Shown here piece by piece: positions 1 through 11,974 of a DNA stretch of 64,000 nucleotides. Position numbers and translations under genes: made by a program. The notes beneath the pieces were generated by a model. The model ran no database searches and had not been told where the DNA came from. It saw only the letters and a list, made by a program, of their open reading frames with translations. The DNA is taken from NCBI GenBank assembly GCA_951406725.2, contig OX597831.1:75826001-75890000 (forward strand), given 5' to 3'. Source of the stretch: Octopus vulgaris (taxonomy: Eukaryota). How positions within the stretch are numbered: position 1 is the stretch's first letter; every line of letters starts with the position of its first letter.

Positions 1-99
1 TTTAAAACAAGTTTTAACATCCAATCATCAGAGTTTTTCAGGTAGTTGTTTAGGCCAATTATGGCAGTCTTCATTGTTATTTCTGTGGTGTTAATTCTA

Positions 100-438
100 T
101 GTTGTTACCGCAGAATCCTTAGAGTGTCGTGGACGGAGAGAAGGATGAACAACTGGGTACTAGAAAAGCTCGGTTGCGAGATGACGCTTCGGCGAAACAT
201 CACGAAGCGGAAGCTACGGTTCTTTGGCCACGTCATGCGCCGGGATGGACTTGAGCGAACGATCATAACTGGCAAGGTGAACGGCAGAGCACCCACTTCT
301 TGGCTGAAAGACATTGCAGCCACAGGGTTGTCTTTATTCTCAGCTGTCCCTGGGGTAGAGGACAGGAGAAGGTGGCAAGACATCGTGATGACCACAGCAT
401 CGCAGAGTGCGACACCTGACTAGGATGATGATGATGAT
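100..438 (+). mobile_element. 5'-truncated RTE-clade LINE 3' end (C-terminus of RT ORF with (GAT)n tail)
   Basis: ORF 46-423 contains CYRRILRVSW...RKLRFFGHVMRRDGLERTIITGKVNG...W...EDRRRW, typical of RTE ORF C-termini; the stop is followed directly by gatgatgatgat. Confidence 0.85.
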
Positions 439-465
439 TATAGACGTCGCACAGTATACAATATC

Positions 466-534
466 GTGAGATTTTTGACTGAAGATATTGTGTCTACCCC
501 AGTGAGATTTTTGACTGAAGATATTGTGTCTACC
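466..534. repeat. Local tandem duplication, 36-bp period
   Basis: gtgagatttttgactgaagatattgtgtctacc occurs at 466 and 502. Confidence 0.9.
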
Positions 535-1219
535 GGGGGTTTGTACTGTTCGTCAAGTCACAACAAGAACCTCAGACAGACAGTACTTTACGCAATATGC
601 ATGCAGCTCCAAGTAATGCCGACTTTTGCAATACACCTAGATTGTAGGGTATCTCTAAGGTTTTCAGATGTTACTTCAGATTGGATGGTATTGAACCCAA
701 TGCTCCGATGACAATAGGGATAACCTTTATGTTTGACTCTCGTAGCTGCCACATCTTAGCGATTTCAAATCTCAGATCTCCATATTTATCAACCTTTTCT
801 CTTTCATTCATGATGATTATTATTATTACGCCTTTCATAATTTCGGTGTCGCTAAATTAAGTACCAGTTAAGTAGTGAGGTTGATGTAATCTACTAACTC
901 CCAGCCCTTAAAATTGCTAGCCTTGTGTTGAACAGCATCCAAACAACCAATGGACGAACCTCGGGCTGGTACTGTAGCTGAACCTGTCTTTGATTACAAT
1001 ACAACAGTGAAACTATGCAAAAACTTGGCATGATCATATATAAATTCACACGATGATCCCGAAGCGTCAACCTCGACAGAATACGACAAAGGACAACATT
1101 GTAAAGAGATAGAACGAATAATCTTGGAACCAGAAACCTTTCCAGAATAATTCTAAGGTTGAATTTTTGATCAATGTGGAACGAGCACCGACATAAGTAA
1201 GCATAGGCTTTTATCTCTT

Positions 1220-1590
1220 ACTTGTTTACTTGTTTCAGTCATTGGATTGCGGCCACGCTGGGGCACTGCTTTGAAGGAACCAACCGAGCTAATCGACTCG
1301 TGCATTTATTTTATTCTATCGCTTCTATTTTGTCGAATCGCTAAGTTACAGCGATGTTAACAAACTAATGCTGGTTGTCATCGGTGGAGAGCAAACACAG
1401 ACACAGAGGCATACACTCACACATACACATACGATGGGCTTCCATACAATTTCCATCAATCAAATTCGCTCACGAGGCATTGCTTAACGCAGGAATATAG
1501 TAGAAGACGCTTTCCTAAGGTGCTGCATCGTGGGGCTGAACCTTAATCCACATGGTTGCAAAGTGAAACTTCTTAAGCACACAGTCGTAC
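1220..1590 (-). mobile_element. Degenerate SINE family 1 copy
   Basis: Diverged reverse-complement match to family 1 (cttgtttcagtcatt...gcggccacgctggggcac...tagtagaagac). Confidence 0.75.
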
Positions 1591-2039
1591 TCGGGGAAAG
1601 TTCATTTCTTTTTTATGCCGAAGAGTTGCAGGTACCCATGCAATTACCAAGTCTTCTCTTTACTGAACCATCGATGTTGCCCATAAGAAATTCACCACTT
1701 TAGGTTCGATACAGCTTGGCACCTTTATCGTAGACAATGTTGACGTCAGAACACAAAGAATTAGAAAGGAGACTGCATGGTACCCGACTTGACGATCAAA
1801 CAGTTCCACCATTCCGTCAGCCCTGGATTTTGTACGCTCAGAAAACACAAACACAAGGCCTCGAGGTTTGGAGACGGATGTAATCGATTAGATCGATATC
1901 GGGATTCAACTAGTTCCTTAGCTTAAAGACCTAGGTCAGATGAATGAAAAATTCGAACCTGTCGGGATTTGAACTCACAACAGAATGAATCTGTGATCAT
2001 ATTTCCAAATGTTACTGACATATTGATACTGATAGCAAT

Positions 2040-2250
2040 CTTTTCTACTATAGGCACAAGGCCGGAAATGTTGGGGGAGGGGATTAGTCGATTACATCGA
2101 CCCCAGTGTTTTACTGGTACTTATTTTATCGACACCCGAGGGAATGAAAGGTAAAGTGGACGTCAGGGGAATTTGAACGCATAACGTAAAGACGGACGAA
2201 ATGCCGCTTAGCATTTCGTCCGGCATGCTAACGATTCTGCCAGCTCGCAG
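2040..2250 (-). mobile_element. SINE family 2 (tRNA-like head with Meta/MESC-like central domain)
   Basis: Reverse complement of gagctggcagaatcgttagcatgccggacgaaatgct...gttcaaatt...cctttcat...gtcgataaaataagtaccag. Confidence 0.8.
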
Positions 2251-2253
2251 TTT

Positions 2254-2308
<55 letters not shown>

Positions 2309-2327
2309 GCTTCTGCTGCTGCTGCTG

Positions 2328-2362
<35 letters not shown>

Positions 2363-2400
2363 GATGATGATGATGACAATAATAATAATAATAATAATAC
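2254..2400. repeat. Compound trinucleotide microsatellite (ACT/GCT/ACC/GAT/AAT)
   Basis: Read directly; explains the poly-T and poly-V ORFs. Confidence 0.95.
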
Positions 2401-2735
2401 TTTTACAACTGGCAGTAACAATGAAGATTGCTTACAATTGGCCTAGACACCTACCTGAAAAACTCTGAGGACTGGATGTTATAACTTGTCTCAAAACATG
2501 AAAACAAGAAAGCATCATACTCAGTAACAAAACAGGCAAAGAAATATCTAAGTGAATTCCGAATACAACAAATTTCGGAATTAGACACACAAGAAACAAG
2601 CACAGAAAAAGCTAAGCGCATGAAAATCCGTGCTAAATCTGCTGCCTTAGATATTCTTGTACAAGTGTAAAGCAAAAGTCAAACATAGAACAACAACAAC
2701 AATAATAATAATAATAATAATTAGACTATAAAATA

Positions 2736-3170
2736 TTGGCTTCGTATTTTGGCACAAGGCCAGCAGTTTCGGGGGATGGGCTAAGTTGATTAGGTCGACT
2801 CCAGTCCTCAACTGGTACTTATTAAAGGCAGTGAGCTGGCAGAAACGTTAGGACGCCAGGTGAAATGCTTAGCGGTATTTCGTCTGCCGTTACGTTGTGA
2901 GTTCAAATTCCGCCGAGGTCGACTTTGCCTTTCATCCTTTCGGGGTCGATAAATTAAGTACCAGTTAGGCACTGGGGTCGATAAATTCGACTTAACACCT
3001 ATGTCTGTCCATGTTTGTCCCTTGTGGGTAATAAAGAAATAGGTACTTATTTTATCGACCCTGAAAGGAGGAAATGAAAGTCGACTATGGGGGAATTTGA
3101 ACTCAGAACGTAAAGACGGACGAAATGCCGCATTTTGCCCATCGTGCCAACGATTCTGACAATTTGCCAA
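2736..3170. mobile_element. Nested SINE family 2 copies: plus-strand copy ~2823-3040 inside a minus-strand copy
   Basis: Plus copy aaggcagtgagctggcagaaacgttag...gcctttcatcctttcggggtcgataaattaagtaccag is flanked by two halves of a minus copy; ggtacttatt appears on both sides. Confidence 0.75.
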
Positions 3171-3430
3171 AATATTCTGCAAATTAACTGAAATCAAAAT
3201 ACAGAGCGCGGCAGCAAAACCCTCCAAGACTTGAAATGGTCATTGGTGTGGCACTAGTAAAGTTTGGCAGATCGTTGTTCGTTTATTCTTTTACCTGCTT
3301 CAGTCAACTGACTGCAGCCATGTTGGAGCACCGCCTTTTAGTAGAACAAATCGACAGTGTAAGCCTAGTACTTATTCTGTCGGTCTCTTTTACCAAATCG
3401 CGAAGTTACAGGGACGTAATATATATATAT

Positions 3431-3847
3431 ATAGGCGTAGGATTGGTTGTGTGGTAAGTAGCTTGCTTACCAACCACATGGTCATGGGTTCAGTCCCACT
3501 GCGTAGCACCTAGGGTAAAGTGTCTTCTACTATAGCCTCGGGCCGACCAAAGCCTTGTGAGTGGATTTGGTGGACGGAAACTGAAAGAAGCCCTTCGTAT
3601 ATATGTATATATATATATATATATGTATGTGCGTGTTTGTGTGTCTGTATTTGTCCTCCCCACATCGCTTGACAACCGATGCTGCTGTGTTTACGTACCT
3701 GTAACTTAGCGGTTCGGCAAAAAAGAGACCGATAGAATAAGTACTAGGCTTACAAAGAATAAGTCCTGGGGTCGATTTGATCGACTAAAGGCGGTGCTCC
3801 AGCATGGCCACAGTCACATAACTGAAACAAGTAAGAGAGTAAAAGAG
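3431..3847 (+). mobile_element. SINE family 1, full length (tRNA-like head, internal TA/TG microsatellite, LINE-like tail)
   Basis: ataggcgtagga..tgtgtggtaagtagcttgc...gggttcagtcccactgcgt...ggcggtgctccagcatggccacagtc...aaaagagt; many copies in this window. Confidence 0.9.
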
Positions 3848-3873
3848 TGATATATATATATATATATATATAT

Positions 3874-4043
3874 ATACGACGGGCTTCTTTCAGTTTCCGT
3901 CTACCAAATCTACTCATAAGGTTTTGGCCAGCCCGAGGCTGTAGTAGAAGACACTTCCCCAAGGTGCCATGCAGTGGCACTGAACTCGGAACCATGTGGT
4001 TGGGAAGCATGCTTCTTACCACAGAGCCACGCCTCTGCACCTA
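3874..4043 (-). mobile_element. SINE family 1, 5' half
   Basis: Reverse complement of the family 1 head. Confidence 0.85.
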
Positions 4044-4440
4044 TTGTGTATTCCTGTAATGTCACACACACACACACACACACAAAAGACAAACATAATG
4101 ACAAACTCACAGACATACACACAGACACACATATATTGGTGCATACGTTTCCTGTCTGTGCTGTAGGGAGCCGGGCCTCGGCTCTTTTAGCCTCTCCTCA
4201 GTCGCTCATCTGTTGTACCGAGGCAATCTCGTTTGCGTTGTGATGCTGGATTGCCTTGAGCTCTGCCGTTAAATCGATGCTCTTTGCAGAGCAGCAATCC
4301 AAGCGACTGTCACAGACAGTTCTCCTTACCATCAACATGGTTCCCGTTTGTTTCCGTTCTCAATGATCTCAGAAGCCAACCAGCCTTTCGTCTGCACACT
4401 GTTGCCATCTTAGTAATACTCAGTGAAAACGATGCATCCT

Positions 4441-4831
4441 TTATTTCTTTATTGTCGACCGGGGACTAAGCATAGAGGGGACAAACAAAGACAGAAAAAG
4501 GGATTAAGTCGATTACATCGACCCTAAAGTATCACTGGTACTTATTTAATCGACCCGGAAAGGATGAAAGGCAAAGTCGACCTCGGCGGAATTTGAACTC
4601 AGAACGTAATTTTCTTATTTTATTGCTCACAAGGGGCTACACACAGAGGAGATAAACAAGGACAGACAAACAGATTAAGTCGATTACACCGACCCCAGTA
4701 TTTCATTAGTATTTATTTAATCGACCCCGAAAGGATGAAAGGCAAAGTCGACCTCGGCGGAATTTGAACTCAGAACGTACCGGCTTAGCATTTCGTCCAG
4801 CGTGCTAACGATTCTGCCAGCTCGCCGCCTT
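4441..4831 (-). mobile_element. SINE family 2 insertion (internally duplicated) with 10-bp TSD
   Basis: gatgcatcct flanks the insert at 4431-4440 and 4832-4841; it interrupts the LINE fragment. Confidence 0.85.
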
Positions 4832-5307
4832 GATGCATCCTCACTCGTGTGCATTCCCAAGTGTCTGCGACTGCAATACATCCTGGTTCCGTGTATTGCA
4901 ACTGCAACCTGTTCGTGGACCGATAGTCGAGTGCTTGGAACTTCTCAGCATTGAACGGCATGGTATTTTCCTCACCCCCACTTGTACATTGGTTTCGTAT
5001 TTTGGCACAAGGCCAGCAATTTCGGGGGGTCGGGGAGATAAGTCTCGACTACATCAACCTCAGTACTCAACTGGTAGTCATTTTATCGATCCCGAAAGGA
5101 CGAGAAGCAAGGTCGTCCGCTTGTGTAATGCGTTCAAATCGTTCCGCAGGTTTAGGGTGTCAGCAGAATCCTCGAGTGCTTGCGATACTTTTGTATTATC
5201 AACGTAGCTGGGGAGAGAGCGTGACTGGATGAGTGGGGGCCTGTCTCAGAGCTCCTCCACAAACAGTAATGGTCCCTGTATAGTTCCCTGAGAATTGATT
5301 TCACCTT

Positions 5308-5640
5308 AGAGAGAGAGAGAGAGTGAGAGAGAGAGAGAGAGAGTGAGAGAGAGAGAGAGAGACGCAAGAGAGGAAGAGACGTGAGAGAGAGAGGGAGATG
5401 GAAGAGAGACACAGAGAGACAGAGAGAAAGGAAGAGAGAAGGGAGTTGGAATGAAGAGAGAGATAGGTTAAAGAGAGAGTGATGATTAGAAAGAGAGAGA
5501 GAGAGAGAGAGAGTTAGAGAGAGACATGAGAGAGATGAGTTAGATATATATATATAGAAAGAAAGATGCGTTAGAGAGAGAGGGAGCAGCGTTAGACGCG
5601 TGCAAGAGAGAGAGAGAAAGAAAGAGAGAGAGATGGGGAG
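5308..5640. repeat. (GA)n-rich microsatellite inside the LINE fragment
   Basis: Read directly. Confidence 0.95.
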
Positions 5641-6333
5641 AGCAAAATTGGTCGCGACTGTTTGACTCTTGCCTTTTAGAAAATCGTGCGACCGCTCCAC
5701 TAGTTTTCTAAGAATACCAAGGTCACGCTGTTTGTGGCATTATTCCGTGATCACCTTTATTCCTTGATCACATCCGCATTTAAATGGCTGAGGTGTTGAT
5801 TCTGTACCTAATCAAAATGCTGTAGTAACCGTGTGAGGCAGTTTCTTGCTGGACGGAAATTATGCAGCCTGTCAGTGGGGAAGATATTTTCGTTTAGGAA
5901 CGTGATCGCCTTCCTTCTGAAAATGCGTTCCATGACTTTCCTGACATGCGGTTTGACGGGTAGGCCAGCAGAGATCGAAGTTGGAGTTCTGAGGTCGAAT
6001 CGGTTAAATATATGGTGTAGGGTCAATAAAAATGCAAATAAACAACACTTGATAAGTGAAACTGTGAGTTAAGTCTGTTAACGTTTCGGATGTTTGTCCG
6101 TCACCCAAAAGGAAAAAAAAAACGATAGCATACAGTAAGAGAGGAAAAAGGGAACAGTGAAAGAAAATAAAGAATTAGAAACCAGTGAAGAAAACCATTC
6201 AATGGCGGTGATGGGGTCATTAAAAAAGGTGCGGATGTGTAAATGCATATGGCAGAGTGTTTCAGTGTATGGATGCAGATAAAAAGCGAAATGGTTTTTG
6301 GTGTGTATTGGTGTGATATATCTATGCGTATAT

Positions 6334-6596
6334 ATTCTTTTACTCTTTTACTTGTTTCAATCATTTTGACTGCGGCTTTGCTGGAGAACCACCTTTAGTG
6401 GAGCAAATCGACCGCAGGACTTACTTTTTGTAAGCCTAGTATTTATTCTATCGGTCTCTTTTGCTGAACCGCTAAGTTACGGGGATTTAAACACACTAGC
6501 ATCGGTTATCAAGCGATGCTGGACATACACACAAACATACACACAAACATATACATACATACATACATACATACATACATACACCCTTGATTTGTC

Positions 6597-6636
<40 letters not shown>

Positions 6637-6651
6637 TATGCAGTGCAACAA

Positions 6652-6702
<51 letters not shown>

Positions 6703-6872
6703 GACGGGATTACGACGGCTTTCAGTTTCCGTCTACCAAATCCACTCACAATGCTTTGGTCGGCCCGAGGCTATAGTAGAAGACACTTGCCCAAGGTGGA
6801 ACGCAGTGGAACTGAACCTGGAACCATGTGGTTAGTAAGCACGCTACTTACCACACAGCCACTCCTGCGTCT
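6334..6872 (-). mobile_element. SINE family 1, full length
   Basis: Reverse-complement match from head to tail, with an expanded internal microsatellite. Confidence 0.9.
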
Positions 6873-7178
6873 GAATGCAAGTACAAAAGTATGGTGGGGT
6901 TGGTTAGTGGAGAGTGGTGGAAGGCGGCAGTTGCAAAATTATTCGGTGAATAGAATAAAAGCATATGTGTGAAACTGAAAACGTGTGCGTAGTTAGGTTT
7001 CAGGCTAGCTTTCAAATATACAGCATTTTATGTTTCTAAAGAAGGTTTAACACTCGAAACGTTAAGATACTCTACAGTCATTTCAACTTCTCAAGTATTA
7101 AATACGTACAATATTACCAAAATTATATTGTGTCTTTGCTGTTTTTTAAAGATTATTGAAATTGCGGCACACATACAC

Positions 7179-7412
7179 ATTGGGTTGTCCGAAAAGATCG
7201 TGCCGATTTTTAAAGGAAAGAAAAAGGTCAATAAATACTTGCCGTTACATTTTTAATCAACCAAATATGAACCATTTTGTTGCACAACGCGTCTCCATCT
7301 TTCCTTTCACTTGAAAATACCCTCTTCCCAGAATTGAGGTGCCTGGGAGGAGGGGGGTAAATTGAAAAGTAAGCTACTATAAAATCGGCACGAACTTTCC
7401 GGACAACCCAAT
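7179..7412. mobile_element. Mariner-type MITE
   Basis: ~32-bp TIRs attgggttgtccgaaaagatcgtgccgatttt / aaaatcggcacgaactttccggacaacccaat; TA on the right flank. Confidence 0.85.
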
Positions 7413-7905
7413 ATATACATATTATTAATATACATTTATACATTATCACTCACACACACGTACTCACGCACTACGCATGCACACACACACATATTACGCT
7501 TTCTAATGAAACTATAAGATTTACTCAGACACTCAACTATGAGTCCACAGCATCAAATACTAGAAACAGCTGTAAGGTAAAGAAATTCACAAGATAATCG
7601 TTTACTCTTTTGTCATATCTTTTCTTACTCCTCCCCCACCACACACATATATAAACACACACAATCTATGTGTGTGTGTGTGTGTGTGTTTGTGTCTGAA
7701 TTGTGTCTGTTGTAATGTTTACATCCCCGTTAACTAGCGGTTCGGCAAGAGAGATCGACTGAACAAGTACCAAGGTTACAAAAAGAAAAGTGCAGAGGTC
7801 AATCCTTTCGACTATAAAAAAAATCTTCAAGGTGTGCCCCAGCATGACCAGTGACTGAAAGAGGTAAAAGATCATATACGTATGTATGTGTGTGTGTGTA
7901 TGTTG

Positions 7906-8090
7906 TATCTGTAATATAATATGTGACAATTATTCGGTTTCATGTCGGGGCGGAATTCAGCTCCGGCATCTCGTCAGTTGATTGTCTTAATAACCGACGA
8001 GATGCCGGAGCAGGTTTCCGCTCCGACATCCGAAATCTGTAGTTTTATTATGGCAACCGAATAATTGCCACATATTACATTTACAGATAA
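7906..8090. mobile_element. Palindromic element with two inverted hammerhead-like motifs (family C)
   Basis: Nested inverted repeats; plus arm CCGACGA-GATGCCGGAGC..GCTCCGACATC-c-GAAA; minus arm CTGACGA-GATGCCGGAGC..GCCCCGACAT-GAAA. Confidence 0.6.
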
Positions 8091-8150
8091 ATTCATCTAT
8101 TTACATAATATTGAGGTCTCTTTCTTTCTTTTGTTGTCTTACCATTACTA

Positions 8151-8204
<54 letters not shown>

Positions 8205-8289
8205 CATATATATAAATGTGACCTCGTGTGTACCGTTGGTGATTTTTTTTCCCTCTGTCTTCCCTTCTCGGGATCTTTCCTTCTCCTAT

Positions 8290-8325
8290 GTTTCCGACGA
8301 AGAGCTCCGCTTGAAACGTTAAAAC
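8290..8325 (+). ncRNA. Minimal type I hammerhead-like motif (family A) within a ~210-bp repeat (8215-8425)
   Basis: gttt CCGACGA A GAGC tcc GCTT GAA ACGT T aaaac. Confidence 0.65.
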
Positions 8326-8439
8326 TTCCTTCTTCCCTTCTTTCCTGAGCGTCCAATAATACTATATTTGTTCCACGTCCTCGCGTTGTTGTGTTTTTTT
8401 TGTGTTTTCTTGTTTGGATTAACTTTATATATATATATA

Positions 8440-8669
8440 CTTTATTTAAATATATATATATAAAATTCAACAAAACCTGTTACTCTGAGTTTCCCGTTGC
8501 CATTCATCGGACAGTTTTCGCTAGCAAAAACTGTCCGATGAATGGCAACGGGAAACTCAAATAACAGGTTTTGTTGAATTTTCTGCTGCTTTAAATAAAG
8601 CATATTACTCTACCACTGGTATTTGAGTACTCTTTTTTCCACCTTGTTTCACATTTATGTGTTTACTCC

Positions 8670-8671
<2 letters not shown>
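8440..8671. mobile_element. Family B element with an inverted pair of hammerhead motifs (8472-8518 minus, 8527-8572 plus)
   Basis: ~120-bp palindrome; minus arm reads ctgt CCGATGA ATG GCAA CGG GAA ACTC A GAGT A acag; ends in a (TA)n tract. Confidence 0.75.
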
Positions 8672-8710
<39 letters not shown>

Positions 8711-8902
8711 CTTCTCTTAAAAATGCTCTTATATACGTGTGTATTATTTTTTTTGTATTGTCATTCGTCCATAGACGAAACCACATTTTCATGTCATAAT
8801 TTTTCTTTCTGTGCAAAATCGTATCAGTTGGCTGCAAGTCCTCGTTGAACGGGTTTCATTTCAGAGATGACCTTCCCTTAGATTGATTGTGTTCATTACG
8901 AC

Positions 8903-9287
8903 CGGAGGCGCAATGGCCCAGTGGTTAGGGCAGCGGACTCGCGGTCGTAGGATCGCGGTTTCAATTCCCAGACCGGGCGTTGTGAGTGTTTATTGAGCGA
9001 AAACACCTAAAGCTCCACGAGGCTCCGGCAGGGATGGTGGTGATCCCTGCTGTACTCTTTCACCACAACTTTCTCTCACTCTTTCTTCCTGTTTCTGTTG
9101 TATCTGTATTTCAAAGGGCCGGCCTTGTCACTCTCTGTGTCACGCTGAATATCCCCGAGAACTACGTTAAGGGTACACGTGTATGTGAAGTTCTCAGCCA
9201 CTTACACGTTAATTTCACGAGCAGGCTGTTCCGTTGATTCGGATCAACCGGAACCCTCGTCGTCGTAACCGACGGAGTGCTTCCATC
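8903..9287 (+). mobile_element. Young tRNA-derived SINE (third family) with 10-bp TSD
   Basis: A box tggcccagtgg, B box ggtttcaattcc; tcattacgac at 8893-8902 and 9288-9297. Confidence 0.85.
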
Positions 9288-9679
9288 TCATTACGACTGG
9301 TGACGGTCATTTACCCTTGACTATACTGGTTGGCTGTTGACTCCCTTGAGCCCCTATACCCTTTGACGAGCCTTGATGTCTGTTTTCTTCACTCTGCGAG
9401 TTGTCCACACCAATTCCATTTCTCACTGAACAAGCTTGGTTCGGGTTACCGGTTGAGTCACTAACAACCCAAACAAGCAACAGGTTTTGCTCGGTCACGT
9501 GTTACCAGTTGCACAGTCGTGTGTGTGTGTGTGTGGGTGTGCGTATTTTTTTTTGTAGTTTCAGCTCAGAGCTGCGACCATGCTGACGCACCGCCGTTTT
9601 GCTACACTGTTATTACCGAGCGCCTCCTCCAATATGTGGCATTTGATGAAGAATGGAGTTTGATGTCTATTCTGTTATT

Positions 9680-9893
9680 CTTTTATTCTTTTACTTGTTT
9701 CAGTTATTTGATGGCGGCCATGCTAGAGCACCGCCTTTACTCGAACAAATCGACCGCAGGACTTTGTAAGCATAGTACTTATTCTATCGGGCTCTTATGC
9801 CTATCCGCTGTTACGAGGACATAAACATACCAACATCGGTTGTCAAGCGATGGTGGAGGGACAAACACAGACGCACAAATACACACACACACA

Positions 9894-9925
<32 letters not shown>

Positions 9926-10062
9926 CGTCGGGCTTCTTTTAGTTTCCGTCTACTAAATTCACTCATAAGGATTTGGTCGACCCGAGGCTATAGTAGAAGG
10001 CACTTGCCTAAGGTTCCACGCAGTGGGACTGAACCCAGAACTATGTGGTACGGAAGCAAGCT
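9680..10062 (-). mobile_element. SINE family 1
   Basis: Reverse-complement match. Confidence 0.85.
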
Positions 10063-10106
<44 letters not shown>

Positions 10107-10110
<4 letters not shown>

Positions 10111-10276
10111 CATCGGAGTGGCTGTGTGGTAAGTAGCTTGCTTACGAACCACTCGGTTCCGGGTTCAGTTCCACTGTGTGGCACCTTGGGCAAGTGTTTT
10201 CTACTATAGCCTCGGCCGACCAAAGCTTTGTGGGTGCATTTGGTAGACGGAAACTGAAAGAAGCTCGTCGATATAC

Positions 10277-10356
<80 letters not shown>

Positions 10357-10590
10357 GTATATATGTATGTTTGTGTATATGTTTGCGTGTCTGTATCTGT
10401 CCCCCCAACATCGCTTGACAACCGATGCTGGTGTGTTTACGTTCCCGTAACTTAGCGTTTCGGCAAAAGAGACCTATAGAATAAGTACTAGGCTTACAAA
10501 GAATAAGTCCTGGGGGTCGATCTGCACGACTAAAGACGGTGCTCCAGCATGGCCACAGTCAAAATTATTGAAACAAAAGAGTAAAGAGTA
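10107..10590 (+). mobile_element. SINE family 1, full length
   Basis: Head-to-tail match. Confidence 0.9.
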
Positions 10591-10786
10591 TATATATATA
10601 TATACGTATATATATGCATATATATATGCACACAAACGCATTTTCAATTTTATGTCACTTGATTATCAATAGTCGATTAATGATTAATGATTAATTCACC
10701 AATTAAACCATCGACTGCTTGATAATTCTTTTTATCAATTTGCGATGCCGATGCTTGGCCAATTCGTAATACACACACACACAAAT

Positions 10787-10837
<51 letters not shown>

Positions 10838-10866
10838 CATATACATACTAGAAATATATAGGCATG

Positions 10867-11037
10867 TACGAGGGTGTATATATAGTTCCTGGCGTTGAGT
10901 AAAAGAAAATACAGAAGGTTCAGTTAATTATGCGGTCCTTCAGTTTTTGTAAGCCCTAAGAGAACTCGGAAGGTTAAACATCCAGCCAGGCCTTTGCGAT
11001 AACCTTAAAACCAAGAACTTTCCAGCATCCCATCGTA
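10867..11037. mobile_element. Degenerate mariner-type MITE
   Basis: Termini tacgagggtg...agttcctgg / ccaagaact...catcccatcgta with TA ends. Confidence 0.6.
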
Positions 11038-11097
11038 TACAACTCGTTAACATATCCTAAACATATAACAGGTAGATATATATATTTATACATACAC

Positions 11098-11265
11098 ATA
11101 GGCGCAGGAGTGGCTGTGTGGTAAGTAGCTTGTCTATCAACCATATGGTTCCAGGTTCAGTCCCACTGCGTGGCACATTGAGCAAGTGTCTTCTACTATA
11201 GCCTCGGGCCAACCAAAGCCTTGTGAATGGATTTGGTAGACGGAAACTGAAAGAAGCTCGTCGTA

Positions 11266-11311
<46 letters not shown>

Positions 11312-11530
11312 TATGCGTGTGTGTGTTTGTGTGTCTGTGTTTGTCCCCTAGCATGGATTGATAACCGATGCTGGTGTGTTTATGTCCCCATTACTTAGCG
11401 GTTCGGCAAAAGAGACCGATAGAATAAGTACTGGGCTTACAAAAGAATAAGTCCCGGGGTCGATTTGCTCGATTAAAGGCGGTGCTCCAGCATGGCCGCA
11501 GTCAAATGACTGAAACAAGTAAAAGAATAC
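11098..11530 (+). mobile_element. SINE family 1, full length
   Basis: Head-to-tail match. Confidence 0.9.
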
Positions 11531-11829
11531 GTTTAAAAGAAATTCGTATATCTGTATTTATACACGTACAAATAGATATATGTATATTTACTAAAATGTA
11601 CACACACACACACAACAAATGTATATAATTATATAGTTGTATGTGCATAATGCATGTATATGAACGCACGTGCATATGTACACACACACGCATATACACG
11701 ACGGGCTTCTTTCAGTTTCCTTCTACCAAATCCATTCACAAAGCCTGAGGCTATAGTAGAAGACTCTTGTCCGAGGTGCCACGCAGTGGGATTGAACCCG
11801 GAACCATGTGGTCGGGATGCATTTACCTG

Positions 11830-11861
<32 letters not shown>

Positions 11862-11974
11862 TGTATGTATGTATGTATGCATACATGAACACACAAACAA
11901 GCTTACATATCTTCGACATGCTGCCTTCACATAAGTGCATAGTCATATATATATATATATATATATACAGATAT

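Larger units (their letters stand above)
4130..5990 (-). mobile_element. Decayed CR1/L2-group LINE ORF2 (RT) fragment, interrupted by SINEs and a (GA)n tract
   Basis: Minus-strand pieces: HVRKVMERI..FLNEN..TDRLHNFRPARNCLTRLLQHFD (QHGFRxGRSC motif), HDFLKGKSQTV, SYVDNTKV (YADD-like, ~5190) and KMATVCRRKAGWLLR (~4400); multiple frameshifts. Confidence 0.8.
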
